From assembly GCA_031372565.1 (NCBI GenBank), contig JANMLN010000112.1, positions 1 to 38,052 of the forward strand: DNA of 38,052 nucleotides. The letters are read 5' to 3'. Source of the stretch: Gemmatimonadota bacterium. GTDB lineage: Bacteria > Gemmatimonadota > Gemmatimonadetes > Gemmatimonadales > Gemmatimonadaceae. This document shows, in pieces, positions 1 through 10,985 of the stretch (the stretch's first letter is position 1; each line of letters starts with the position of its first letter). Under the pieces are notes generated by a model that was given only the letters and a program-made list of their open reading frames with translations, ran no database searches and had not been told where the DNA came from. The position numbers and the translations under genes are program-made.

Positions 1-66
1 CCTTGCGGACCGCGCAGCTGGCGGACCAAACTCCAGAGCACGCCCACGCCGTCGATCCCCTCGTAA
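1..66 (+). CDS. istB: 3' end of IS21-family helper ATPase IstB (partial, runs off window start)
   Basis: Frame 1 reads PCGPRSWRTKLQSTPTPSIPS-stop. CGPRSWRTK matches the GxS(Y/W)R C-terminal motif of IstB and is followed by IS21-like end repeats. Confidence 0.7.
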   Translation, partial: PCGPRSWRTKLQSTPTPSIPS

Positions 67-141
67 CCAGTCTCAGCCTGCGGCCGTGGTGGCCGGATTT
101 GCGGTGTCGATTGGTGGCCGGATTTGGGGTGTCCACTGAGG
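1..141 (+). mobile_element. Right end of an IS21-family insertion sequence
   Basis: Two 22-bp direct repeats, TGGTGGCCGGATTTG(C/G)GGTGTC, at 87-108 and 112-133 (1 mismatch, 25-bp period), ending ...GTCCACTGAGG. Reiterated subterminal sites are typical of IS21 ends, and the istB tail lies just upstream. Confidence 0.75.
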
Positions 142-190
142 GTCACGGCAGACCAAGACGATCGTCAACGCGTACGACGCCGAGCGCCGG

Positions 191-1285
191 ATGATCTCCT
201 CGTACTTCCTCCTGGACTCGACGCCCCGGCCGCGCCTCCCGTACGTGGCCTACAGCCGCATGGAGCGGTACCGCTACGATCCGCTCGGCCGCCGCGTGTG
301 GCGCGAGATGATCCGGGACACCCTGAACGGCATCTGCCAAGCGCAGGACAAGTCGAGCGGCTGTCGGAACGAGGTGACGCGCACGGTGTGGGACGGCGAC
401 CAGGTGCTGTGGGACATCCGCGCGACGGCGGACACGGTGGGGGAGTCCAGCGAGGGGTACCCGACCGGCTCGACCTTCACCGGGCGGGTCGGCTACACGC
501 ACGCTGGCGGGATCGACACGCCGCTCGAGATCAACACGCCGAGCGGCGTGGTCCTGCCGATCGCGGACTGGCGCGGGCAGTACGCGGCGGGGACGTGCCC
601 GGGGACCAAGTGCGATCCGAACAGCTACTACTTTCCGGGGGCGCAGGGCAGCGCGTTCGAGGAGCCGGTGCCGCTACCGACCGGGCCGCCGCGGTGGATC
701 GGTGAGCTGGTCACCGGGATGGCAGATGGAAGTGGATATCAGTACAAGCGGAACCGGTACTTCAGTCCGAGCAGTGGGCGGTTCACGCAGGAGGATCCGA
801 TTGGGCTGGGCGGCGGGCTCAACTCTTACGGCTTCGGAGGAGGCGACCCGATCAGCTTCAGTGATCCATTCGGACTTTGTGGACCGTTCATGCCTGTATG
901 TGTCGCTGCCGCGGCTATCGGACCGGCGGTCGGGACCGCGGTTGTTCGAGGATCGCAATTAGTTCGGAATCTGGCGGCAAGCGGTGCGGTGCGGCAAGCG
1001 GGCGAGGCCGCACACCATATCGTGGCGCGTGGCGCTCGGTTGGCTGAGCCTGCGCGTGCAAAGCTCGCCGAAGTGGGAGTCGGAGTCGATGAGGCAGTAA
1101 ATGGAGTAATCCTTCCAGCGGTTCGCAACTACGCCGGTGCGGCAGCGAACCATTTGACTCTCCACACGAAGGAGTACTACTCTGCGGTGAACAATGCCCT
1201 CCAGAACGCGAACACAAGGGAGCGGGCGCTCGAAGTACTCAGTGAACTTGCTGCGCAACTCAAGAACGGAACGATCAAGAAATGA
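191..1285 (+). CDS. 5'-truncated Rhs protein: RHS-associated core plus C-terminal AHH (HNH/EndoVII-fold) nuclease toxin
   Basis: YD-type repeats (YRYDPLGRRV, VWDGDQVL), core motif RNRYFSPSSGRFTQEDPIGLGGGLNSYGF...PISFSDPFGL, then AAHHIV...NGVILP...HLTLHTKEYY. The frame stays open back to 140 (…NAYDAERRM). Confidence 0.85.
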   Translation: MISSYFLLDSTPRPRLPYVAYSRMERYRYDPLGRRVWREMIRDTLNGICQAQDKSSGCRNEVTRTVWDGDQVLWDIRATADTVGESSEGYPTGSTFTGRVGYTHAGGIDTPLEINTPSGVVLPIADWRGQYAAGTCPGTKCDPNSYYFPGAQGSAFEEPVPLPTGPPRWIGELVTGMADGSGYQYKRNRYFSPSSGRFTQEDPIGLGGGLNSYGFGGGDPISFSDPFGLCGPFMPVCVAAAAIGPAVGTAVVRGSQLVRNLAASGAVRQAGEAAHHIVARGARLAEPARAKLAEVGVGVDEAVNGVILPAVRNYAGAAANHLTLHTKEYYSAVNNALQNANTRERALEVLSELAAQLKNGTIKK

Positions 1286-1818
1286 TGACGCATCCAGGGA
1301 TCTACTCTCTTCGCGCGGACTCTCGTGGCGCTTGGTTTGCATTCGGCAATGACGAGGTCGCGAAGCTGTACGCGAGGTTCAACGGTCAGTCGCTTGCCGA
1401 GTCGTGGCGGGAACTCCCGGTCGTCCGGGTTGAGGGTGACGAGAAAGCCGCGAAATTCGACTGTGCTGCGTTGGGAACGCTAGTCTTGCTGAGTGCGCGG
1501 GCGCGCGAGCACCTCGATGAAGTGCTTGGCGCAACCTGCGAATTCCTGCCCGTTCTCGCGGACAGCGAGCGCATGTTCGTGATGAACGTGACGACGGTCA
1601 TAAACGCCCTCGACGAGGAACGCTCATCAATTCGTCGATTCGCGGATGGCGGCGTACGCGAGGTCCAGCGGTACTCGTTTCGATGGGCCCTCCTCGAGGA
1701 GGCTCGGGCCTTTCGACTTCCCCAGCTGCTTGGACCCAGCTTCTTCCTCACGCAGACGGTGCACGATACGGTGGAACGCGAAGGGCTCAGCGGCTTCGTG
1801 TTCGAACGGGTCGGGTGA
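1282..1818 (+). CDS. Putative cognate immunity protein (Imm11/DUF1629-like)
   Basis: Start overlaps the toxin stop (ATGA). 178 aa with LLSARARE...EFLPV...NVTTVINALDEERS...FRLP...GLSGFVF, a pattern recalled for the Imm11 family that accompanies AHH toxins. Confidence 0.7.
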   Translation: MMTHPGIYSLRADSRGAWFAFGNDEVAKLYARFNGQSLAESWRELPVVRVEGDEKAAKFDCAALGTLVLLSARAREHLDEVLGATCEFLPVLADSERMFVMNVTTVINALDEERSSIRRFADGGVREVQRYSFRWALLEEARAFRLPQLLGPSFFLTQTVHDTVEREGLSGFVFERVG

Positions 1819-1898
1819 ACGTCGGTAGGGCCGCCTGATGCCGGACTGCAATCCCGTCGCTGAATCGACGTTCAATCAAGGTTGTTCTTACTGTGCAT

Positions 1899-2130
1899 TG
1901 ACCGCCCTCCGGTTGGGGCCCAATCAGCATCGGAGGGTGTCGGTGGAAGGCCTGGTCCCCCGGTTCTCCTCCAGCCGTCACCGCGAGTTGATCACCCGTA
2001 CGGTCCGAGGTTCGAAGATGCCAGCGCGTCGGTAGACGGTCGGCGGTTGGAGCCCCATCGTCGTGTGGGGCCGGTGATCGTTGTAGTCGTTCCGCAAGGT
2101 CTCGAGGATTCTCAGTTGCGAGAGAGCTTC
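1899..2130 (-). mobile_element. IS3-family remnant: transposase C-terminal fragment plus terminal inverted repeat
   Basis: 2130->1978 translates as EALSQLRILETLRNDYNDHRPHTTMGLQPP, matching the IS3 integrase tail (WRxDYNxxRPHxxLG..P). A 5'-TGACCGCCCTCCGGTTGGGGCC end starts at 1899. Confidence 0.7.
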
Positions 2131-2294
2131 TAACGCTTCCCCGTCAACCGCCCGACCAGGCGCAGGACCAGCGTGCCCGCGATGCAGCCGAGCCCGACCC
2201 ACCGGAGCGCATCGTTGCCCTGCCGGATGCCCAGGCCGAAGAGCAGCATCCCGGACACGAGCAACAACAACCGGAAGAGGACGAACCCGTTCAC
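2130..2294 (-). CDS. Small 2-TM membrane protein (54 aa)
   Basis: GTG start overlaps the upstream stop (GTGA, 2291-2294). Two hydrophobic stretches, FVLFRLLLLVSGMLLFGLGI and WVGLGCIAGTLVLRLV, and a basic C-terminus. Confidence 0.65.
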   Translation of the reverse strand: MNGFVLFRLLLLVSGMLLFGLGIRQGNDALRWVGLGCIAGTLVLRLVGRLTGKR

Positions 2295-2644
2295 GGTGCG
2301 GCCGGAAGCCCGAGACGCCGGGCCTCCTCGTCGGGCACGTCGAGCACGATGCGCAGCATGGACGTCGAGAACACCTTGCCCTGGGCATCGGTGCGCAGCG
2401 ACAGCGTGCCGCCGCCATCGAGGGCGCCGTGCAGCAGGAAGTTCAGCGCGTGCAGGTTTTCGAGTTCGAAGCGCTCGACCCTGCCCGTCAGCGCGCCTGC
2501 GTAGTGGGCCGCCACGCGCTCGGCCGTGAGCTCCCGTGCGATGGGCGCGTACCAGGCGGGCGTGAGCGCGATCACGCCGACGTTGGCGATGTTCCCCTTG
2601 TCGCCGCTCCGCGCGTGCGCGATGTCCACGAGGCGCACCTTCAC
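2291..2644 (-). CDS. AtuA-related small protein (stand-alone AtuA C-terminal-type domain)
   Basis: LVDIAHARSGDKGNIANVGVIA...ALDGGG...LRTDAQGK motif; coupled to the AtuA-family gene. Confidence 0.8.
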   Translation of the reverse strand: MKVRLVDIAHARSGDKGNIANVGVIALTPAWYAPIARELTAERVAAHYAGALTGRVERFELENLHALNFLLHGALDGGGTLSLRTDAQGKVFSTSMLRIVLDVPDEEARRLGLPAAP

Positions 2645-4008
2645 GAGAGCACCTCGACGGCGACCTGCACCGCATCGCGCCGGATGAGCGCCGGCCAGAA
2701 GGCGACGACTTCTTCCACCTTGCCGCGCGCCTGTGCGTAGCCCGTGACGGACGGCGGGCCGTTGAGCACGAGCGGCGCGACCTCGCGCGTGAAGCGCTCG
2801 ACGGCCGCCTTGTTCGTGGACCGAACGCCCACGCGGTACATCACCTCGGGCGCGTCCAGGCCGGCGCCGGCAGGCGTCACCACGCCGTGCGCCGCGCCTG
2901 CGCCCACGAGCTCACTCACGACTTCGTCGAAGCGGAGTCCCAGCCGGTCGAGCCGCTCGCGCAGGATGCGATCCGCCATGCGCGCCTTCTCGGCCGCATC
3001 GGGCCACGCATACGTGAGCGTGCCGAACGCCTTCCACCCCGCTTGGTAGGCGACCGACACCTTGAGCATCTCGGGCGCCGGCGTGCCGCGTGCGCCGGTC
3101 ATGCGCACCCGGTCGGGCGCGGTCTGCTCCAGGTGCAACCCGGTGAAGTCGCACACCACATCCGGCGTCATGTACGCGCGCGGGTCGCCGATTTCGTACA
3201 CGAGCTGTTCCGTCACGCTGGGCACGCTCACCCGGCCGCCCGTGCCAGCGGGCTTGGTGAACACCACGGACCCGTCGTCGCTCACCTCGGCGATCGGGTA
3301 TCCGATGTTCGCCAGGTCGGGAATCGTGCGCCAGTCGTGCAGGCAGTTGCCCCCGGTGCACTGGGCGCCGCACTCGATCACGTGGCCGGCGATCATCCCC
3401 GCCGCCATCCGTGTCCAATCATCGGCCGCCCATCCGAACGCGTGGCGGAGCGGTGCCAACGTGAGCGAGGCATCGGCGCAACGACCCGTGATCACGACGT
3501 GCGCGCCCTGCGCGAGCGCCGCGAGCGGTCCCTCGGCGCCGATGTACGCATTGGCCGCCACGACCCGGTCGCGCACGGACGCGAGCGGCGCGCCGGTTTC
3601 CATGTGGGCGAGCGCGTGACCCGACGCCAACAGCTCGTCGAGGCGCGGCAACAGGTCATCGCCACTCACGACGCCCACGCGCAGCCGACCCGCCGCACCA
3701 GCCTTGGCCGCGGCCGTCAGCGTTGCCTCGGCGCAGCCGCGTGGGTTCACGCCGCCCGCGTCGGCCACCACCTTCACGCCGCCATCGAGAATCGGCCCCA
3801 GGATCCCGGCGATCGTTGCGGGAAAGTCGCGCGCATAGCCCGCCGCCGGGTCCCGCGATCGCTGCTTCTGCAGGATCGACATGGTCACCTCAGCCAGATA
3901 GTCGAGCATGAGGTAGTCGAGGTGCCCGCGCTCGGCCAACTGCCGTGGGGCATCGAGATCGTCGCCCCACATGCCGGCCCCGCACCCCACGCGCACGGTG
4001 CGACTCAC
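2641..4008 (-). CDS. Acyclic terpene utilization AtuA family protein (DUF1446)
   Basis: VRVGCGAGMWGD, DYLAEVTM, ANAYIGA, VITGRCAD, GHVIECGAQCTGGN, EQLVYEIGDP, TPDV motifs. Confidence 0.88.
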   Translation of the reverse strand: MSRTVRVGCGAGMWGDDLDAPRQLAERGHLDYLMLDYLAEVTMSILQKQRSRDPAAGYARDFPATIAGILGPILDGGVKVVADAGGVNPRGCAEATLTAAAKAGAAGRLRVGVVSGDDLLPRLDELLASGHALAHMETGAPLASVRDRVVAANAYIGAEGPLAALAQGAHVVITGRCADASLTLAPLRHAFGWAADDWTRMAAGMIAGHVIECGAQCTGGNCLHDWRTIPDLANIGYPIAEVSDDGSVVFTKPAGTGGRVSVPSVTEQLVYEIGDPRAYMTPDVVCDFTGLHLEQTAPDRVRMTGARGTPAPEMLKVSVAYQAGWKAFGTLTYAWPDAAEKARMADRILRERLDRLGLRFDEVVSELVGAGAAHGVVTPAGAGLDAPEVMYRVGVRSTNKAAVERFTREVAPLVLNGPPSVTGYAQARGKVEEVVAFWPALIRRDAVQVAVEVLS

Positions 4009-5624
4009 CGATCGACGCCCATCGTCAGCGAGGGCGGCAGCACGAAGGCGCCGAGATGCGGTCCGCGATTCTGCATCGTCGCCCGCAGCGCCATCGCGAG
4101 CACGTCGCGCGTCTCCTCCGGGTACACAATGGCATCGATGAACCCGCGCGCGCCCGCGTGGCGTGCATCGAGCGCGGCCTCGTAGTCGGCCCGCATCTCG
4201 TCGGTCGCGGCGATCAGCTCTGCCGAGGGCTTCTTGCCGGCCGCCTTCGCCTTCTCGAGCGCGGGGCCGTGCACGGCCTGCACGGCCGATTCGCCCTCCA
4301 TCACCGCCATGCGACCGGTCGGCCAGCTGAAGATGAAGTCAGGGTCGAAGCCCTGCCCCGCCATCGCGTAGTAGCCAGCCCCGGAGGCATGATTGACCGT
4401 CAGCACGATCTTCGGCACGGTCGCCGTGGCCATCGCTTCCACGAAGCGCGCGCCCGCGCGAATGATGCCGTCGTGTTCGGCGTCCTTGCCGACCATGAAG
4501 CCCGAGACGTCCTGCACGAAGAGGAGCGGAATCCCCTGCCGATCACAGCGGTCGATGAAGAAGGCGACCATCTCCTCACTCTCGGCGTAGATGATGCCGC
4601 CGAAGCGCGGCTGCGAACCATACTTCGGGCGCACCAGACCGCGCTGATTGGCGATGACGCCAACGCTCAGCCCCTCGATGCGCGCGTCCCCGCAGATCAT
4701 CTCGGCGGCCAGGTGCGGCTGGAACTCGTCGAGCGCGCCGTCATCGAGCATCGCCTTGAGCACGGTGTGCATGTCATACGACATGCGATGGTCGGCGGGC
4801 AACAGGTCGTAGAGCGACTCGGGGTCGGGCGCATGCTCGGCATGATAGAACCCCGCCTCCACACCGGTGCGCGGCAACCGATCGACCTGATCGCGGAGCA
4901 GGCGCAGCGCGTGGTCGTCGTCGTCGGCCATGTAGTGCGCGACGCCCGAGAGTTCGGTGTGCGTGGCGGCACCGCCGAGCGTTTCGCCGTCGATGACCTG
5001 CCCCGTGGCCCCCTTCACGAGGTTTGGGCCACCTAGGCCCATGAAGCTCGTTCCCTTGACCATGATGATCGTGTCGGACAGCGCCGGCAGGTACGCACCG
5101 CCGGCGATGCACGGGCCCATCACGGCGGACAGCTGCGGAATCCGCAGGTGGCGCCGCATGATCGAGTTGTAGTAGAAGATGCGCGCTGCCCCGTACTGTC
5201 CCGGGAAGACCCCTTCCTGGTAGGGGAGGTTCACCCCCGAGGAGTCGACGAGGTAGACGATCGGCACGCGGCAGCGCATGGCGAGCTCCTGCGCGCGGAG
5301 GATCTTGCGGATCGTCTCGGGCCACCACGAGCCCGCTTTCACGGTGGCATCGTTGGCGACGATCACCACCTCGCGGCCATGGATCTGTCCGAGCCCGGTG
5401 ACGACACCGGCGGCGGGCGCCTGGCCGTCGTATTGGTCATGGGCCACGAGCAGCCCGATCTCGATGAAGCGCGAACGCGCGTCGGTCAGGCGCTCGATGC
5501 GCTCGCGGGCGGTGAGCTTGCCCTGGGAGTGCTGGCGCTCGACCTTGTCCGGGCCACCACCCAAGCGGAGCCGGGCCTCAAGCGCGCGCACCTCCTCGCT
5601 GAGGGCGCGCAGGCGTGACGTCAT
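4005..5624 (-). CDS. Acyl-CoA carboxylase carboxyltransferase (beta) subunit, MCC/PCC family
   Basis: [55 protein letters not shown] at 5624 overlaps the upstream stop, with a GGAGG RBS. Confidence 0.9.
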   Translation of the reverse strand: MTSRLRALSEEVRALEARLRLGGGPDKVERQHSQGKLTARERIERLTDARSRFIEIGLLVAHDQYDGQAPAAGVVTGLGQIHGREVVIVANDATVKAGSWWPETIRKILRAQELAMRCRVPIVYLVDSSGVNLPYQEGVFPGQYGAARIFYYNSIMRRHLRIPQLSAVMGPCIAGGAYLPALSDTIIMVKGTSFMGLGGPNLVKGATGQVIDGETLGGAATHTELSGVAHYMADDDDHALRLLRDQVDRLPRTGVEAGFYHAEHAPDPESLYDLLPADHRMSYDMHTVLKAMLDDGALDEFQPHLAAEMICGDARIEGLSVGVIANQRGLVRPKYGSQPRFGGIIYAESEEMVAFFIDRCDRQGIPLLFVQDVSGFMVGKDAEHDGIIRAGARFVEAMATATVPKIVLTVNHASGAGYYAMAGQGFDPDFIFSWPTGRMAVMEGESAVQAVHGPALEKAKAAGKKPSAELIAATDEMRADYEAALDARHAGARGFIDAIVYPEETRDVLAMALRATMQNRGPHLGAFVLPPSLTMGVDR

Positions 5625-6034
5625 GCCTCCTGTCGCTCCTTGGCGAACCACTCGCGAATGTAGGCGATCAGGTCGCCCGTGCTCGTGCCTGGGCCGAACA
5701 GCTTGCCGATCCCCTGCGCCTGCAGCGCCTCCATGTCTTCCTTGGGGATGATGCCGCCCCCCGTGAGCAGAATGTCCTCGCGCCCCTCGTTCTTCAGCAA
5801 GGCGTAGACACGCGGAAAGAGCGTCATGTGTGCGCCCGACAGGATCGAGAGGCCGACCACATCGACGTCTTCCTGAATCGCAGCGGTGGCGATCATCTCC
5901 GGGGTCTGGTGGAGCCCCGTGTAGATGACTTCCATCCCGGCGTCTCGCAGGGCAGCGGCGACGACCTTGGCGCCCCGGTCATGGCCGTCGAGGCCGGGCT
6001 TGGCGACGAGTACGCGGATCGGGCGATCAGTCAT
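5621..6034 (-). CDS. Acyl-CoA mutase small (cobalamin-binding) subunit
   Basis: [13 protein letters not shown] (DxHxxG base-off/His-on motif), SILSGAH, GGGIIP, FGPGT. Confidence 0.92.
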   Translation of the reverse strand: MTDRPIRVLVAKPGLDGHDRGAKVVAAALRDAGMEVIYTGLHQTPEMIATAAIQEDVDVVGLSILSGAHMTLFPRVYALLKNEGREDILLTGGGIIPKEDMEALQAQGIGKLFGPGTSTGDLIAYIREWFAKERQEA

Positions 6035-6097
6035 GGCGTCAGGTGCGTCGGTCAGGGAAGGTGCAAACTACCCAGTCGGGCAGGAGGGCCACAACGG

Positions 6098-6859
6098 CTA
6101 TCCCTGCTTCTGGAAGACGAGCGTCATCTCGCTCGACCGGCGCTTGACCGGCCGATCCGTCCAGCCGTCGAACGCGCCGACGAGGGTGAGGCCGACCTGA
6201 GCTGCGAGCGAGGCCAACCCGGTCGGCGTGTACAGCCGGATGCGATGCGTGCGCTCCCCGCTCCCCTTGGGCCCGCGCCAGGTCGAACGCACGGTGAGAA
6301 TACCGGAGACGGCATCGAAGGCGCGCTCCTGGCCGATCATCGTGCCGGCGTCCGACAGCCACCAGTCGCGCTTGAGCAGTTTGGCCGCGACGCCATCGCG
6401 GTCGCCCCCGTTCCAGACCAGCACCCCTTCGGGGGCGAGCACGCGCGCCATCTCGCGCATCGCCCTCAGGTCATCGGAGGGCGTCAGGAAGAAGCCGAAC
6501 GAGGTGAAGAGGTTGACGACCGCGTCGAAGCGTCCGGTCCATCGCGTCGGCAACTTGCGCATGTCGCCTTCGGTGTACCGCAGATGCGTGCCGGTACCGC
6601 GCGCGCGCGCCGCCTTGAGCAGGTCGGCCGAGAAATCCACGCCGTCCACATCGAAGCCGGCTTCGGCGAGGAGGTGCGCATGCCGCCCCTGGCCGCAGGC
6701 GACGTCCAGCACGCGCGCCCCCGACGGGAGCTCGAGCAGCTCGAGCAAGCGCGCGACCTCGCTGCGACTTGTGGCGAGCCCCTGCACCGGCGCCCACTCA
6801 CGCAGGTACGTACCGTCGAAGTGGTCGGTCCACCACTCGGTGGTTGCGCGGCGCTTCAT
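6098..6859 (-). CDS. Class I SAM-dependent methyltransferase
   Basis: VLDVACGQGRHA motif I, GVDFS, GDMR, FDAVVNLFTSFGFF, LAPEG. Start taken at MKRRATTEWW. Confidence 0.88.
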   Translation of the reverse strand: MKRRATTEWWTDHFDGTYLREWAPVQGLATSRSEVARLLELLELPSGARVLDVACGQGRHAHLLAEAGFDVDGVDFSADLLKAARARGTGTHLRYTEGDMRKLPTRWTGRFDAVVNLFTSFGFFLTPSDDLRAMREMARVLAPEGVLVWNGGDRDGVAAKLLKRDWWLSDAGTMIGQERAFDAVSGILTVRSTWRGPKGSGERTHRIRLYTPTGLASLAAQVGLTLVGAFDGWTDRPVKRRSSEMTLVFQKQG

Positions 6860-6900
6860 GGTGGGCACGGGAGGGGGATGGAGATGGGGAGAGGTGCGGA

Positions 6901-7134
6901 TTGGGAGACACCGAGCACACCGAGGGGCACAGAGAACGGCGCTGGATAAGAGGTCGCGAGCACGGGCGCGGTTGTGGGCGATGGTCGCTCCGCAGAACGC
7001 AGCTGAAAGAACTGAAAACTTGGATGCGACATCGGCGTCACGACGCAGTTCGCGCAGCAGCATGGGTCTTCGGGTGTGTCCGCCCGCCCGCACCTGCCTT
7101 CTCTGCACTCCTCCGTGTGCTCGGTGTCTCCCAA
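6901..7134. repeat. 36-bp imperfect inverted repeat pair enclosing 162 bp (REP/MITE-like element)
   Basis: 6901-6936 TTGGGAGACACCGAGCACACCGAGGGGCACAGAGAA matches the reverse complement of 7099-7134 at 32/36 positions. Confidence 0.85.
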
Positions 7135-7173
7135 CCCCGCCCTTCTCTGCGCCCTCCCTTCCCCTCCACGAAG

Positions 7174-8867
<1,694 letters not shown>

Positions 8868-8871
<4 letters not shown>

Positions 8872-9986
8872 GTCGTCCCCCGGGTCATGAGCTCGCCGCT
8901 CGCGGCGAGGAGCTCGTCCGCCACTGCGAAGGGCGTGCCGCCCCCCGTTTCGAGTCTCGGCAACTGCGCGTCGAGCCACGCACTGGTGGCCGCGTCGCGC
9001 CATAGCCGCCGCTTGAGCTTGTCCTCGACGATCTCGACGACCCGTTCGCGCAATCGGCTCAGCCGGCGTGAGCGAAGCGTGCCACTCCGCTCAAGATAGG
9101 CGAAATGCCGGTCGAGTGCGTCGAGCAGTTCGGTCACCCCTTCATCCTTTGCGCCGATCGTCCCGAGCACGGGGGGTGTCCAGTGCTCCGCATCGTCGCG
9201 CTGCGCCGCTGCGCGGGCGGCCTTGGCCGGCTGCATGGCCTCACGCACCGCGTCGCGATCCGCGATCGCGCGGAGATCCACGCCGTGGTGCGCCGGCACG
9301 TTGTTCGCGGCGCCCATGCGCAGTCCCAACATCAATTCGATCTCGTTGCGCAGCCGGTCGGCGCCCGGGCGGTCGGCCTTGTTCACCGCATAGAGGTCGG
9401 CAATCTCCATGAGCCCGGCCTTGAGCGTCTGGATCGAGTCGCCGCTCTCCGGCACCAGCACCACGAGCGTCGTGTCCGCCGTGCGCGCGATGTCGAGCTC
9501 GCTCTGTCCCACACCGACCGTTTCGATCAGGATCAGGTCGAAGCCGAAGGCGTCGAGCACGTCCGCTGCCTCACGCGCCGCGGCCGCGAGCCCTCCGAGC
9601 GAGCCGCGCGTGGCCATGGAGCGGATGAACACGCCGGGATCCAGCGCGACCTGCTCCATCCGGATCCGGTCGCCGAGCAGCGCGCCGCCCGTGAACGGCG
9701 AGGTGGGGTCGATGCAGAGGATGCCGACCTTGCGTCCGCGTGCACGCGCGTGCCTGGCGAGCAGCGTGGTGAGGGTGCTCTTGCCGGCGCCCGGAGGACC
9801 CGTGACGCCGATGCGTCGCGCGCGCCCGATGCGCGGATGCAGGTGCGCGAGCAGCGCGTCGAACCCGACCCGATGGTTCTCGACGATCGAGACGGCGCGC
9901 GCAAGCGCGGCCGACTTGCCCGCCTCGAAGTCGGCGATGAGTCGCGCCAACGCAGGCGCCAGCGGAGTCGTCGCGGAAGCGGTCAT
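8868..9986 (-). CDS. meaB: MeaB/ArgK family G-protein chaperone of acyl-CoA mutase
   Basis: GPPGAGKST P-loop, DPTSPFTGGALLGDRIRM, FIRSMATRG, ETVGVGQSE, NKAD; adjacent to the mutase. Confidence 0.92.
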
Positions 9987-9998
9987 GACGAAGCGAAG

Positions 9999-10985
9999 TT
10001 AGTCGCCCGCGCCGCCGCCGGGACGCGTCGGCGGCTCGTCGTGCTCGTCGCGGATCTCCCCGACCAGCTCCTCGATCAGGTCTTCCAGCGTCACCACGCC
10101 GGCCACGGTACCGCCCGGTTCGCGCACGATGGCAAAGTGACGGCGCGCGCTGAGCATGCGCGACAGCAGCGTCTTGCAACGATCCGTCGTGATCGCTTCC
10201 GCCACGGGCCGCAGCGGGGGCAAGGCGTCGCCGTCGCCCTTGAGCACGTCGAAGGCGAGGATCATCCCCGCGATGTCATCGAGGGAGCCGCGGTAGACGG
10301 GCACGCGGCTGTAGGCCGCCTGCGCAATGCGGGCGGCGGCGGTTGGCGCTGGCGTGGCCTGATCCAGCGCGAAGATCTCCGCGCGGGGGGTCATGACATC
10401 GCCCGCAATGCGATCTGCGAATTGCACCACGCCCGAGATGAGCGCGAGCTCGTCCTTGCGTCCAACCCCCTCGAGTTCCCCTTCGCGCAGCACGGCGGCC
10501 AGTTCGTCGGGCTCCGGCGCGCCCTTCAGGCGCCGCTTGCGGATGGGTGCCACCAACGGCACCACGAGCCAGCGCACGGGTCGACCGAGGTCCAGCAGCG
10601 CCGCAATGAGCGGCGAGAGGGGCGGCACCACCACCGTGGGCCAGCGACGCCCGATCGCGCGTGGCACGAGCTGGCCGAACAGCACGAAGACCACCGCCCA
10701 CGCGAGCACGCGGACCGCGACCCACCATCCGGGCTGCAGTTCGGTGTCGACACCGATGTCGGCGACCAGCGCGCCCGTCGTGAACGCGGCTGCGGCGACC
10801 GCCGCCCCCGCCGCGACGTTCACGCGCTGCGGCCCCTCGAGGTACTGCCTGGCCACGATGCTCCCGCGACCGTCCATGTCGGATCGGTGGCGCAGCCAGA
10901 TGCGGCTCACGTTGGCGAAGCCGCCCAACACCGCATTCACGCTGGCCACGAGGACGAGGGCGAGGAGCAGCAGCAGATACGTCAC
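9999..10985 (-). CDS. CNNM/DUF21-CBS domain membrane protein (hemolysin/CorB family, lacking C-terminal CorC domain)
   Basis: N-terminal TM helices, FGQLVPRAIG, VMTPR, YSRVPVY, GVVTLEDLIEELVGEIRDEHD. GTG overlaps the upstream stop. Confidence 0.85.
   Translation of the reverse strand: MTYLLLLLALVLVASVNAVLGGFANVSRIWLRHRSDMDGRGSIVARQYLEGPQRVNVAAGAAVAAAAFTTGALVADIGVDTELQPGWWVAVRVLAWAVVFVLFGQLVPRAIGRRWPTVVVPPLSPLIAALLDLGRPVRWLVVPLVAPIRKRRLKGAPEPDELAAVLREGELEGVGRKDELALISGVVQFADRIAGDVMTPRAEIFALDQATPAPTAAARIAQAAYSRVPVYRGSLDDIAGMILAFDVLKGDGDALPPLRPVAEAITTDRCKTLLSRMLSARRHFAIVREPGGTVAGVVTLEDLIEELVGEIRDEHDEPPTRPGGGAGD

Noticed and set aside
1816..1874. attC-like integron site after the immunity gene (TGAACGTCG...CGACGTTCA)
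   Set aside because: Ends do not fit RYYYAAC/GTTRRRY, there is a single copy, and no integrase is present.
6869..7168. Cobalamin riboswitch between mutase genes
   Set aside because: No recognisable B12-box or conserved core on the coding strand; the structure is better explained by a long inverted repeat.
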